A stretch of 64,000 nucleotides of DNA from Candidatus Saccharimonadota bacterium (GTDB lineage: Bacteria; Patescibacteriota; Saccharimonadia; Saccharimonadales; SLHW01): assembly GCA_024635455.1 (NCBI GenBank), contig JAGXIU010000002.1, forward strand, positions 236,309-300,308, written 5' to 3'. The position numbers and the translations under genes are program-made. Every line of letters starts with the position of its first letter. Positions within the stretch are counted from its first letter, which is position 1. Positions 55,945 to 64,000 of this stretch are shown piece after piece. The notes beneath the pieces were generated by a model that searched no databases, had not been told where the DNA came from, and worked only from the letters and a program-made list of their open reading frames with translations.

Positions 55945-56529
55945 AGAATAATCAGTCAGCAATAGCTTAAATAGTGAGTGCCATATTTCTTGAGCATGCT
56001 CTTTTTTATGTAGTTTTTCTGGATGAAACTGTACGCCGATTTGAGGTTGGTGCTCGTGTTTCATAATTTCGATGCAGTCCTCGGAAGTAGCAAGTATATC
56101 GAACGGTGAGGGAGCTTGCGTGACTCCTACAGTGTGATTTTCATAGACAGGGAAGTTATCTGTCCAATCAAGCAGTTCTTGGCCAGTTTGTGTTAGCTCA
56201 ATTGTTCGCATACCGTGTTGTTGATGCTTTAGCTTTGTCAGCTCTCCGCCGTAGCTGGCAGCCAGTAGCTGCATGCCAAGACAAATCCCGAGAACTGGCG
56301 TCTGTGCGTGTCGTATATACTCAATCTCTTCGCCGTAATGTAGCCCTTGTTGTGTAGGGTCTTTGTACCACAATCCTCCAGATAGGATAATCAAATCATA
56401 GTTTCGGGAGTTCGCTTCAATATGCGTGCTGAGTGAATTGACCACATCATACGTTAGCTGATTGCGGCGGCAAGCGTGAACTAATTCCGGTAAATTATCG
56501 GATTGGTTATCGATTATAAGTACATGCAT
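55939..56529 (-). CDS. Class I glutamine amidotransferase-like protein
   Basis: Nucleophile elbow GICLGMQLL and FHPE near the C-terminus. TATACT lies 7 nt before the ATG on the minus strand. Confidence 0.7.
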   Translation of the reverse strand: MHVLIIDNQSDNLPELVHACRRNQLTYDVVNSLSTHIEANSRNYDLIILSGGLWYKDPTQQGLHYGEEIEYIRHAQTPVLGICLGMQLLAASYGGELTKLKHQQHGMRTIELTQTGQELLDWTDNFPVYENHTVGVTQAPSPFDILATSEDCIEIMKHEHQPQIGVQFHPEKLHKKEHAQEIWHSLFKLLLTDYSL

Positions 56530-56546
56530 AACGCACAGTATACCTG

Positions 56547-56556
56547 AGCCCTCCAG
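56547..56556 (+). repeat. Last tRNA-Lys(CUU) 3' remnant (end of array)
   Basis: GAGCCCTCCA, with G replacing A afterwards. Confidence 0.4.
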
Positions 56557-56675
56557 TGGATTAAGAATCTTCAGCCGCGGAAATATTAGATAATATACAA
56601 AATTAGGCTAGATTTACAAAAATAGTGGCGTATAGTTCGTAGTAATAGAACGTTAATTACAGGCAATTCGTTTGT

Positions 56676-56963
56676 ATGGAAACAAAACAATCATACCAAG
56701 ATACACCTACTCTACCAGCTGACACATCAATTAGTAGAGATGACGCAATGATGGAAGCTGTGACAGAACTATGTGCGGCAAGGCGAGCTTATGACGAGCT
56801 TATTCTTGGAGTAATTATTTGTAGTCCAGACCGGGACCCTGATGTACAGGTGTCGATAGATGAAAGAATACGTGACTGTAAAGACCGAGAGGCTGCCGCA
56901 AAGTCAGAATACGACACGATCTTTAGTGGCCGGAGTCACTTTACTCCTGGAGGCTCAACCTAA
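56676..56963 (+). CDS. Hypothetical protein
   Basis: 95 aa. No motif recognised. Confidence 0.4.
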   Translation: METKQSYQDTPTLPADTSISRDDAMMEAVTELCAARRAYDELILGVIICSPDRDPDVQVSIDERIRDCKDREAAAKSEYDTIFSGRSHFTPGGST

Positions 56964-57046
56964 GGTAATATCGTGTGATAAATATCGCATATAGAAGTGC
57001 GGAACTATGATAAACATAAACGTATAGTTAAACTCATAAAAACACT

Positions 57047-57400
57047 ATGACAAACCAGCCAAAACCGATAATCCCAAAAAAACTACAGCCGCACGGCATA
57101 CGGTCTGAACTACCTCGTATCAAAAGTGCACCACCAACCCTAGAGTCTACAGAGTCGCAGACGCCATTAGAGCGGTATCAACGAATTTCTCATGAGATGG
57201 CGCGTACAATAGATGTAAAAAAACAAATAGAGGCTCGAGAGCGAGAGCTAGGTATAGCGCTGACACTTGCTAGGAACGCGTGCATTATGGCTGGTATTGA
57301 AAATCCAGCCGCAGAACCCAAGCCAGCAGAGTTTGATCAGACGACCGAAGGTTCTGAGCAGGCTGACTTCACTATCATTCACCGCCGTTCAGTAATATAG
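57047..57400 (+). CDS. Hypothetical protein
   Basis: 117 aa. No motif recognised. Confidence 0.4.
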   Translation: MTNQPKPIIPKKLQPHGIRSELPRIKSAPPTLESTESQTPLERYQRISHEMARTIDVKKQIEARERELGIALTLARNACIMAGIENPAAEPKPAEFDQTTEGSEQADFTIIHRRSVI

Positions 57401-57457
57401 CTCAACTGCTTGAGCCAGATCACGCTATAGGTGTTGTTGCGTGCTACAATACCTTTC

Positions 57458-58267
57458 GTGCAGAAACTACTCAATGGAACTGAATTAGCCGGATATATAA
57501 AGTCACGACAAGCTCATCAAGTGCGTGGACTAATTCAGGCACATAATATCCAGCCAAAACTGGCGATTATTCAAGCCAAAGACGACCCAGTTATAAATAC
57601 GTATGTGCGCCTCAAGAAGCAATACGGCGCCGATATATCGGTAGAAGTTGATGATTATGTTTTAGACCAAGCTGATGTAGCTGATCGTATAACGGCGCTC
57701 AATGCAGACGATACAGTGCACGGTATTATTGTTCAGCTGCCATTAAGTGATCCGTCACAAACCGACACACTCTTAGCCCAGGTTGATCCCCAGAAGGACG
57801 TCGATGCTCTTGGAAGTACGCAATATTTTCAGCCTGCTACGCCAATGGCAATTATGTGGCTACTTGCTGGTTACAATATTGAGTTACGAGGCAAAAACAT
57901 CTTATTAATCGGGCAGGGTAAGTTGGTCGGCGCTCCACTAAGGTCAATACTCGAGTCAGCCGATTTGCCAGTGACTGTTGCTAGTAGGGATACCAAAGAT
58001 CTAAAGGCACTCACTCAAGAGGCGGATATTATTGTGACCGCGACTGGCAGTCCAGCAATTATATACGCAGATATGTTAAAGCCAGGTGTTGTGGTCGTTG
58101 ACGCTGGTGTGGCGAGCGAAGGTGGAAAGACGGTCGGGGATGTTGCCGCAGATGTGTACGAGCGGGATGACATTATTGTCACTCCGCCAAAAGGTGGTGT
58201 CGGTCCTCTAACGGTTTGCTCACTGTTCGAAAACGTTATCAGAGCTGCTGGGAATCACGCTAGCTAA
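57458..58267 (+). CDS. folD: Bifunctional methylenetetrahydrofolate dehydrogenase/cyclohydrolase FolD
   Basis: LLNGTELAGYIK..., VQLPLS, GQGKLVGAPL, PPKGGVGPLT. GTG start chosen; the ORF-track start at 57431 is also non-ATG. Confidence 0.85.
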   Translation: MQKLLNGTELAGYIKSRQAHQVRGLIQAHNIQPKLAIIQAKDDPVINTYVRLKKQYGADISVEVDDYVLDQADVADRITALNADDTVHGIIVQLPLSDPSQTDTLLAQVDPQKDVDALGSTQYFQPATPMAIMWLLAGYNIELRGKNILLIGQGKLVGAPLRSILESADLPVTVASRDTKDLKALTQEADIIVTATGSPAIIYADMLKPGVVVVDAGVASEGGKTVGDVAADVYERDDIIVTPPKGGVGPLTVCSLFENVIRAAGNHAS

Positions 58268-59549
58268 CCTCAGACAATAAAAACCCTCGAATATCTTCTG
58301 GCATGCTATCGGGCATTAGCTGGCGATAGTCGTAGCTCTCAGGCAGCGAAACTTCATATTTCTTCATCTCAGGATGAGATTCTTGGGCCATCTTTAGTGC
58401 AGATTGGGCTTCTTTAATCTCACCGACACATTCTAGTGGTTTATCACCTTGGATTCCTAAGAGCTCTTGATAGGTTTGCTCTAGTTTTGAGTCGGTAAAC
58501 AGGTTTTTGCCAAAAACTGATTCGAGGGTTTTTTGCTCAGCAAAAGGGCTAAGGGCAAGGAAAGTAAAAGCGCACTTTGGGCATTCACCACACCAGAACA
58601 TACGATTGCTATGCTGGGTAAAGGCGCGGTTACACGAGCTGAAAACGCCTTGATACTTATTCAGAAAACCTCTTTTTACAAATAGCTCAGCTATATGCAG
58701 GTCGCTTAGTGGCCGCAAAAACGAATAGTAGTGTTGAGCTGTATCAAAATGACGTTTCAGCAGGTTTTGGTATTGCTCTTCAAAGTCTTGCGACTTCGAG
58801 TATTGATGATTAATCGGTACATCCTGGTAGGTCAAGTTTGGTTCATTAGCCGAGTATTCGTTTGATACAACAACATCAGATCTTCCAGAGAGAATGGCGA
58901 CTATTGTACCGACGCAAGCCAAGATTGCTGAAATTGGCACATGTCCATTGAGTGCGTCTTTTTGGTTGAGTTCACTTATCTTTTTGTCTAATTGTCGCTC
59001 AACCCACATATGAGGAAGCCCTACTTTTTCAACAAGCGGCTCAAGTTGCTGACGGTGACCAAGGCTCCAGGTCGCAACATTTGGTAGGTCGCGCAAGAAT
59101 TCCACACTGACCAGTGAATCTTTTCCACCACCCAGTGCAATTAGCTGACCGTGTGGGGCATCTTCACGGATGGAAACTGCCGTTGCTTCTTCCGTATTGG
59201 CTACAAAAGGAATTTCTGTGCGTGGATTGAGCTTGTTCGTATAGAAAAACTCGCCCAGACCTTTTTGATAGACCTCGCTAAAAAACTTTGCATCTTCATC
59301 GTTGAGCTGTCCGGCTTCGATGATAATCTCTGGTGGTAGGTACATTTTGTAGTAGGAGACGCCAGCCATAAAGAAGAGATTCTGTAGTGCTCGGTCCAGG
59401 GCCACTTTGTCATAGTCAGTAAATTTGAAGTCAAAAGTGTAGCGTTCCTCGAACTGCACCTCATCATCAAGACTGTAGGTAAAAACGGCCTGCTTGGACG
59501 TCTCGTCAAAACGATAGGACAAAAAGATAAAACGTTGAAAATGGCTCAT
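58260..59549 (-). CDS. PP-loop (GGGKDS) ATP-pyrophosphatase-like protein translationally coupled to murD; possible MurL-type epimerase
   Basis: LIALGGGKDSLVS motif, CGECPKC cluster, and a 4-nt overlap with the murD stop. The functional call is inference from context. Confidence 0.4.
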   Translation of the reverse strand: MSHFQRFIFLSYRFDETSKQAVFTYSLDDEVQFEERYTFDFKFTDYDKVALDRALQNLFFMAGVSYYKMYLPPEIIIEAGQLNDEDAKFFSEVYQKGLGEFFYTNKLNPRTEIPFVANTEEATAVSIREDAPHGQLIALGGGKDSLVSVEFLRDLPNVATWSLGHRQQLEPLVEKVGLPHMWVERQLDKKISELNQKDALNGHVPISAILACVGTIVAILSGRSDVVVSNEYSANEPNLTYQDVPINHQYSKSQDFEEQYQNLLKRHFDTAQHYYSFLRPLSDLHIAELFVKRGFLNKYQGVFSSCNRAFTQHSNRMFWCGECPKCAFTFLALSPFAEQKTLESVFGKNLFTDSKLEQTYQELLGIQGDKPLECVGEIKEAQSALKMAQESHPEMKKYEVSLPESYDYRQLMPDSMPEDIRGFLLSEVS

Positions 59550-60859
59550 AGATTCTCCACAGCTTCATTAAAGGCCTGGCCGCGCACCTCGAAGTTCTTA
59601 AACATATCAAAACTTGCACAAGCGGGCGATAGCACGACAGCATCACCAGTCTGAGCTTCTTTTGTGGCTCGTTGCAGAATTTCTTGCATTGACGTGCTCT
59701 CAGACACCACATAGTCGGCGTAACCTACCTCATCAAATGTATTGGCGATTCTCTGAGCAGAAGCACCAATCAGAACGACTTTTCGTACGTTTGCCTCTGG
59801 CTTGGTGATTATTTCTGCGAGCTTTTGGAAGTCAAGGCCACGATCATAGCCACCCACGATCATTACTTTTTTGTTTGGTATTGCTCGAATTGCTGCAATG
59901 GCTGCGCCTGGGGCGGTGGCGAAGGAGTCATTGTAGTAATCGATGCCATTGTGTGTACCGCGAGGCTCAATCCGAAACGGTAACCCACTAAAAGTACTGA
60001 TAGCTTGCCTCATTACTGCAGTATCTTGCGTTACTTGCCACACTGCTGTCACCGCTGCACAGACGTTTTCGTAGTTGTGTGCGCCTGTCAAAGCAACATC
60101 GTCCAATGAGCAAACTTCTATATCGTCTATAACTATCGAATTTTCCTGTACGTGAGCGCCTTGCTCTGAGAAATAAGCGACGTGTTTACCTAGGCTACTG
60201 CGAGCAATGTGCATGGATCGGTTGTCGTCGTTTTTATAAATCGCTATATCTTGTTCTGTTTGGTGGAGGAAAAGTTGCTGTTTGGCTCGCAAATATTCAT
60301 CAAGAGACTTATGCCAGTCTAGATGTTCTGGCTCAATCATCAAGCAGAGTGCAATATGTGGTGAATGGGCTAGATCAATTAGCTGGTAATTGGCGAGCTC
60401 TAGTATAACCCAATCATCTGGCTCGATAGCATCTTCTAGCATATCCAGTGGAGGTATACCGATATTTCCACCGAGGTGAACGTTTTTGCCAGCCGCCTCA
60501 AGCATGTTGGCGATCAGCGTACTAGTCGTGCCTTTGCCTTTGGTGCCAGTGACACCAATAATATTCTTGGTAGGACAAACGCGAAAGAACTCGTTCGTTA
60601 CGGTTGTGGTCTTTTCGAGGATATCTGGACTGTCTGGGTTTGAAGTTTGAATAGCTGCTGGGTGTATTCCAGGGGTGCGAACCAATACATCAAACTCATG
60701 TAAGTTCGCAAGGTAGTGCTCTCCAAGCTGAGTGGGCACCCCTTTAGGGGTCTCGACGGCTTTGTTCTTATCGCAAATAGTTATTTCATTGCCATCTCTT
60801 GACCAGTACTTTAGGGCTGATCGACCTTGCCGATCATATCCCAATAGTGCAATCTTCAT
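59546..60859 (-). CDS. murD: UDP-N-acetylmuramoyl-L-alanine--glutamate ligase (MurD family)
   Basis: GVTGTKGKGTTSTL, Mur ligase middle and C-terminal patterns. Confidence 0.88.
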   Translation of the reverse strand: MKIALLGYDRQGRSALKYWSRDGNEITICDKNKAVETPKGVPTQLGEHYLANLHEFDVLVRTPGIHPAAIQTSNPDSPDILEKTTTVTNEFFRVCPTKNIIGVTGTKGKGTTSTLIANMLEAAGKNVHLGGNIGIPPLDMLEDAIEPDDWVILELANYQLIDLAHSPHIALCLMIEPEHLDWHKSLDEYLRAKQQLFLHQTEQDIAIYKNDDNRSMHIARSSLGKHVAYFSEQGAHVQENSIVIDDIEVCSLDDVALTGAHNYENVCAAVTAVWQVTQDTAVMRQAISTFSGLPFRIEPRGTHNGIDYYNDSFATAPGAAIAAIRAIPNKKVMIVGGYDRGLDFQKLAEIITKPEANVRKVVLIGASAQRIANTFDEVGYADYVVSESTSMQEILQRATKEAQTGDAVVLSPACASFDMFKNFEVRGQAFNEAVENL

Positions 60860-60941
60860 ATGGTAATTGTAGCATCGAACGATGATAAATACCGCACCCC
60901 AGTGCTACAGGATAAGAGCTCATTGTCAGGACAGTCGCTGC

Positions 60942-61316
60942 TTATTTGTCGTCGAGCTCAGCTTTAACCATCTCGGCAACTTGTCGTGGAGTCATGTCAG
61001 CTTTTACGATAAATCGTTTCACATCTAGCTCTTTAATAATCGGTGGCGCTTCTTGCTCGCCCATGTTGGTGAGAATAATCACTTTGATGTCTTTGCCCCA
61101 ATCAGTCTTGCGAAGTTTCTGGAGCATCTCATCACCACCCATCTCTGGCATCATCAAGTCCAGCAGGATAACACTCGGACGCATATCTTCGGCAAGTTCA
61201 AGCCCTAGCACGCCGTTTTCGGCAGTCTCTACCTCGTACCCTTCGGTTTCGAACTTCATTCGATACATCTGGGCTATAGCTGGATCGTCCTCGACTATCG
61301 CAATTTTGGTAGCCAT
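60942..61316 (-). CDS. Stand-alone receiver-domain response regulator
   Basis: IAIVEDD, LLDLMMPEMGG, ILTN, VKADMTP. Confidence 0.85.
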   Translation of the reverse strand: MATKIAIVEDDPAIAQMYRMKFETEGYEVETAENGVLGLELAEDMRPSVILLDLMMPEMGGDEMLQKLRKTDWGKDIKVIILTNMGEQEAPPIIKELDVKRFIVKADMTPRQVAEMVKAELDDK

Positions 61317-61366
61317 GTTCTAATCTTACGTAAAATCTGCTGTAATTACAATTTCTCTAACAGATT

Positions 61367-61753
61367 CTAGGTAGATGACGTTTCTAGGCCGAGCGTTTCG
61401 TTGACAATATTTACGAGGTCATTTTGCTTGAGGCTTACCTTGACGATGTAACGCTCAAACTGGAGGTCATTCAGACTCAGCGGTGCTTCTGACTCGCTAA
61501 TATTGGTCAAGAAAATCGCTTTAATATCTTTACCCCAATCAGTTTGTCGCATTCGCTGAAGCACTTGGTCGCCAGATAGTTGTGGCATCATAAGATCAAG
61601 CAATACAAGGTCAGGCATCTCAGAATGAATCATAGTTAGTGCGCTCAGTCCGTCGTGGGCTACCTTGCATGTATGTCGGCCAGACATCTCTAGGCGTGTC
61701 TGGTATATTTCTGCCAGCATTTGGTCATCTTCTGCTAGGACGATTTTTGCCAT
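61367..61753 (-). CDS. Stand-alone receiver-domain response regulator
   Basis: IVLAEDD, LLDLMMPQLSG, FLTN. A paralogue of 60942-61316. Confidence 0.85.
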   Translation of the reverse strand: MAKIVLAEDDQMLAEIYQTRLEMSGRHTCKVAHDGLSALTMIHSEMPDLVLLDLMMPQLSGDQVLQRMRQTDWGKDIKAIFLTNISESEAPLSLNDLQFERYIVKVSLKQNDLVNIVNETLGLETSST

Positions 61754-61793
61754 ACGTTGTGCTGCTTATTTACTATATTTGTATTCTAGATGT

Positions 61794-62366
61794 TTATTCA
61801 CTGCTGTCAATAAAGCTGTTGGATGTGGTCTCTGTGATAGTTGACTCTTGCATCGATGCAAGTATGTAGCTGATTATAGAATACTGATTCTGCACAACCT
61901 CCTTATCTCGGGTGAAGTCGAGATCAACGCCCTCTACAAGTACGCGTATTTCTTGGTGGTCTATCTCTATTTGCAGGGACATCATGGTATCTTCGTCTGG
62001 CATCAAGAGGACTATTGGCGTGCAGGCTATATCAAATAACTCCCAGTTTGGCGTCTTTTCATGATAAATATAGCCATATGCTTCGTCTGACCACAGAGGG
62101 TGTGTTATTTCCCAGTTTGCACTATGCTCTGCGCCATCTTCCGAGCAATCAAATATCTTGCTTACTGATTCTGCGAATAGCTCAGAAACAAGCGCAGCAC
62201 GATCAGACGGCATCAGTTCAGTGTCGTGCAATAACTCTGCAGTGTAGGTTGTGCTATCGAACACTCGAGCCCCAAGTTGCTTCAAATCGTGTTCAATATT
62301 TGCGAGTACGGGGAGACGCTCTTGCATATCGTCCTGGAACTGGTGTGCTGATTCATAATTACCCAT
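61794..62366 (-). CDS. Hypothetical protein between receiver genes
   Basis: 190 aa. No motif recognised. Confidence 0.45.
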   Translation of the reverse strand: MGNYESAHQFQDDMQERLPVLANIEHDLKQLGARVFDSTTYTAELLHDTELMPSDRAALVSELFAESVSKIFDCSEDGAEHSANWEITHPLWSDEAYGYIYHEKTPNWELFDIACTPIVLLMPDEDTMMSLQIEIDHQEIRVLVEGVDLDFTRDKEVVQNQYSIISYILASMQESTITETTSNSFIDSSE

Positions 62367-62418
62367 AGATGCCTAGACTATACGTAGAAGGCGGTCACTG
62401 TACAGCAAAAGCGGTTTA

Positions 62419-62790
62419 CTAATACAGGATTTCTTCGACGATGCTTACAACTTGAGCAGGTGTATGGTGGGCTTTTACTACATAACGGTCCACGCCAAGA
62501 AAACGAAGCGTACTGGGCGCTTCATCTCGGCTAATGTTAGTCAAGATGATTACGCGCGGTCTACTCCCCCAGCCAGTCTGTCGAACCTTTTCTAGCATTT
62601 TATCGCCAGACATCTCAGGCATGCGAAGGTCGAGCAAGATGAGGTCAGGCGAGAAGGTTTTTATAAGGTCGTAACCTTCGACACCGTTGTTTGCCACCTC
62701 AACCTCATAACCATCAGAGGTGAGTTTCATTTTATACATTTCAGCGATGGCGTGTTCGTCTTCTATGATAGCTATTTTGTACATTTGCAA
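62419..62790 (-). CDS. Stand-alone receiver-domain response regulator
   Basis: IAIIEDE, LLDLRMPEMSG, ILTN, VVKAHHTP. Confidence 0.85.
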   Translation of the reverse strand: MQMYKIAIIEDEHAIAEMYKMKLTSDGYEVEVANNGVEGYDLIKTFSPDLILLDLRMPEMSGDKMLEKVRQTGWGSRPRVIILTNISRDEAPSTLRFLGVDRYVVKAHHTPAQVVSIVEEILY

Positions 62791-62943
62791 ATATATGACT
62801 TTGATTATATGATTGACAATTTATAGATATATTGCTAGTATAGCAGGGTACTTTAGAAGATAAATGCGGCACCAAATCTTATGGCTATAAGCTACTAGAT
62901 TTGGTGCCGCATTTTTTATATCTGGAAATTATGGAAAAATTTA

Positions 62944-63810
62944 ATGTTACCTAGCACTACCCAATCACAAAGTAGCCCCGAGCATCTACCCAGGAAAGAT
63001 CGACTTGAGCTAATTTCTCAAGTTGAGCCTGATCAGTATGTACATCAGATTTTTATGGAGCATGATAGCCCAAGTATGGCGCAAGAAGCTTGGCGGATAC
63101 ATGCCGAGGGCTATCTAAACATGCGTTTCGTAAATGAAGGTGCCATCACCAGTGAGGGTTATTTGACTTCTGACATCGATAAAGCACGTGGCAAAAACGT
63201 AGAGTACATGTTGGCCCTTAACCCGGATAATGGTGATGATTGCGCCAGTATGCGAAAAATACACGTAGCAGAAGGCCAAGACTACAAGTCATTGCCGGCA
63301 TATAACGCTTGCGCAGAAAAACTGCACGACATTGGAGCAGCTCAACTTGACCTACGACATGAGAATGGTCAAAACATAAAAGAAATATCAGCTCTCGCAA
63401 AAACGAAAGCCGGTGCCCCTCGAGCAATATTTGAATTGTTTCGGAGCGCAATCCACGGTGCTATGGGGAAAGATGAGGTCTTTTTCTTTAGTATGGTTTC
63501 TGCGACACATGAAGTACTCACCCCACGCTTAGGAGACGATAACTTCCTTGTCATTGGTGAGGACGTTGCTATTGATGACCCAAGAGTCGAGCCAGGTATA
63601 AAGCTCCGACCCCTTCTCACTATTCCGGATCAATTTAACGATAATATACTTAAAGCCCTTAACAGTGCGGATACGGCCGCTTCTGAAAGAAGGCTTGCGC
63701 AGAGTCTAATATTCTATACCGATGGCTTAAATCAACAATTTATGAGTGATGAAGTTCGTCAGGCGCGTTATGATATCTTGCGCTCGTTCGGACAGAAGGA
63801 TGGATTATAG
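62944..63810 (+). CDS. Hypothetical protein; weak resemblance to GNAT-fold N-acyl amino acid / autoinducer synthase-like proteins
   Basis: 288 aa. The pattern W..HAEGY...EY.L......MRK......KEISALAK is only suggestive. Confidence 0.3.
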   Translation: MLPSTTQSQSSPEHLPRKDRLELISQVEPDQYVHQIFMEHDSPSMAQEAWRIHAEGYLNMRFVNEGAITSEGYLTSDIDKARGKNVEYMLALNPDNGDDCASMRKIHVAEGQDYKSLPAYNACAEKLHDIGAAQLDLRHENGQNIKEISALAKTKAGAPRAIFELFRSAIHGAMGKDEVFFFSMVSATHEVLTPRLGDDNFLVIGEDVAIDDPRVEPGIKLRPLLTIPDQFNDNILKALNSADTAASERRLAQSLIFYTDGLNQQFMSDEVRQARYDILRSFGQKDGL

Positions 63811-63813
63811 GCA

Positions 63814-64000
63814 ATGGTTTCATATCAAGAAGGTTCAGCTGTATCTCCACGAATCGAAAGCTATCTGACTAGAAATGCTCGGCCATTCATGCGCTGGCAA
63901 GAGCCATGCGGCTTCGATCTGGCTGACACGGTTGATAATCAAAAGCTTGAAGATCTCATGGCAGCGAAAGATGTTAGCGTAGCCCCCGATATTTTGCCAG
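63814..64000 (+). CDS. Hypothetical protein, 5' part (runs off the window)
   Basis: From ATG 63814 the frame is open to the window end (MVSYQEGSAVSPRIESYLTRNARPFMRWQEPCGFDLADT...). Confidence 0.35.
   Translation, partial: MVSYQEGSAVSPRIESYLTRNARPFMRWQEPCGFDLADTVDNQKLEDLMAAKDVSVAPDILP

Larger units (their letters stand above)
52239..56556 (+). mobile_element. tRNA-Lys(CUU)-anchored tandem array: 2 gene-less modules plus 5-6 single-gene cassettes separated by tRNA 3' remnants
   Basis: Remnants (A)GCCCTCCAAT at 52402, 52600, 53408, 54187, 54634, 55597 (decayed) and 56547. A conserved junction hairpin and an extended -10 box precede each ATG. No recombinase lies inside the array. Confidence 0.5.

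Noticed and set aside
52239-56556. Whether the regularly recurring short repeats could be a CRISPR array
   Set aside because: Repeat spacing is irregular (about 130 to 950 bp). The 'spacers' are whole genes, and the repeat is the 3' end of the adjacent tRNA. No cas genes are present.
60946-61323. 125-aa ORF antisense to the first response regulator
   Set aside because: It is a shadow ORF covering exactly the REC gene. It is serine-rich with no signals.

Overview
The window looks like a small, gene-dense bacterial chromosome segment. My guess is a Saccharibacteria/CPR-like organism, based on the type IV pilus operon, an HTH-MurA fusion, stand-alone receiver proteins and many leaderless-looking genes. 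No database search was possible, so every call rests on motifs read directly from the translations and DNA.

The housekeeping backbone is:
- dnaK (3' end) and dnaJ
- a rimK module
- typA, yebC and ruvCAB
- a full type IV pilus cluster (pilM/N/O, minor pilins, pilA, pilC, pilB)
- recA-recX, tsaE-tsaB and rny-nudix-ymdB
- a P-type ATPase
- HTH-murA, glyA, murB, pfk and folD
- murD plus a PP-loop protein
- three receiver-only response regulators

Seven tRNA genes are present: Lys-UUU, Pro-UGG, His-GUG, Arg-UCU, Gly-UCC, Arg-UCG and Lys-CUU.

The most unusual signal lies in the tRNA flanks. Five of the tRNAs are followed by copies of a conserved structured module. Each copy carries antisense and sense versions of the T-arm of its own neighbouring tRNA, and all but the truncated Arg-UCG fragment end in a duplicated tRNA 3' end. 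Two helices in the module show compensatory changes between copies.

At tRNA-Lys(CUU) this continues into a roughly 4 kb tandem array of single-gene cassettes. The cassettes are separated by a conserved junction made of a tRNA 3' remnant, a terminator hairpin and an extended -10 box 6-7 nt before the ATG. At tRNA-Pro the same kind of module sits at the far end of a 4.6 kb island that encodes a large serine recombinase whose stop codon lies inside the tRNA.

Secondary observations:
- a sortase-fold protein with no cysteine at all, while an LPATG-anchored protein is encoded in the same window
- a recurring AACAGGGGTA motif at accessory junctions
- a frameshifted DUF1653 gene
- terminator-containing leaders upstream of typA and of a CAP-domain gene
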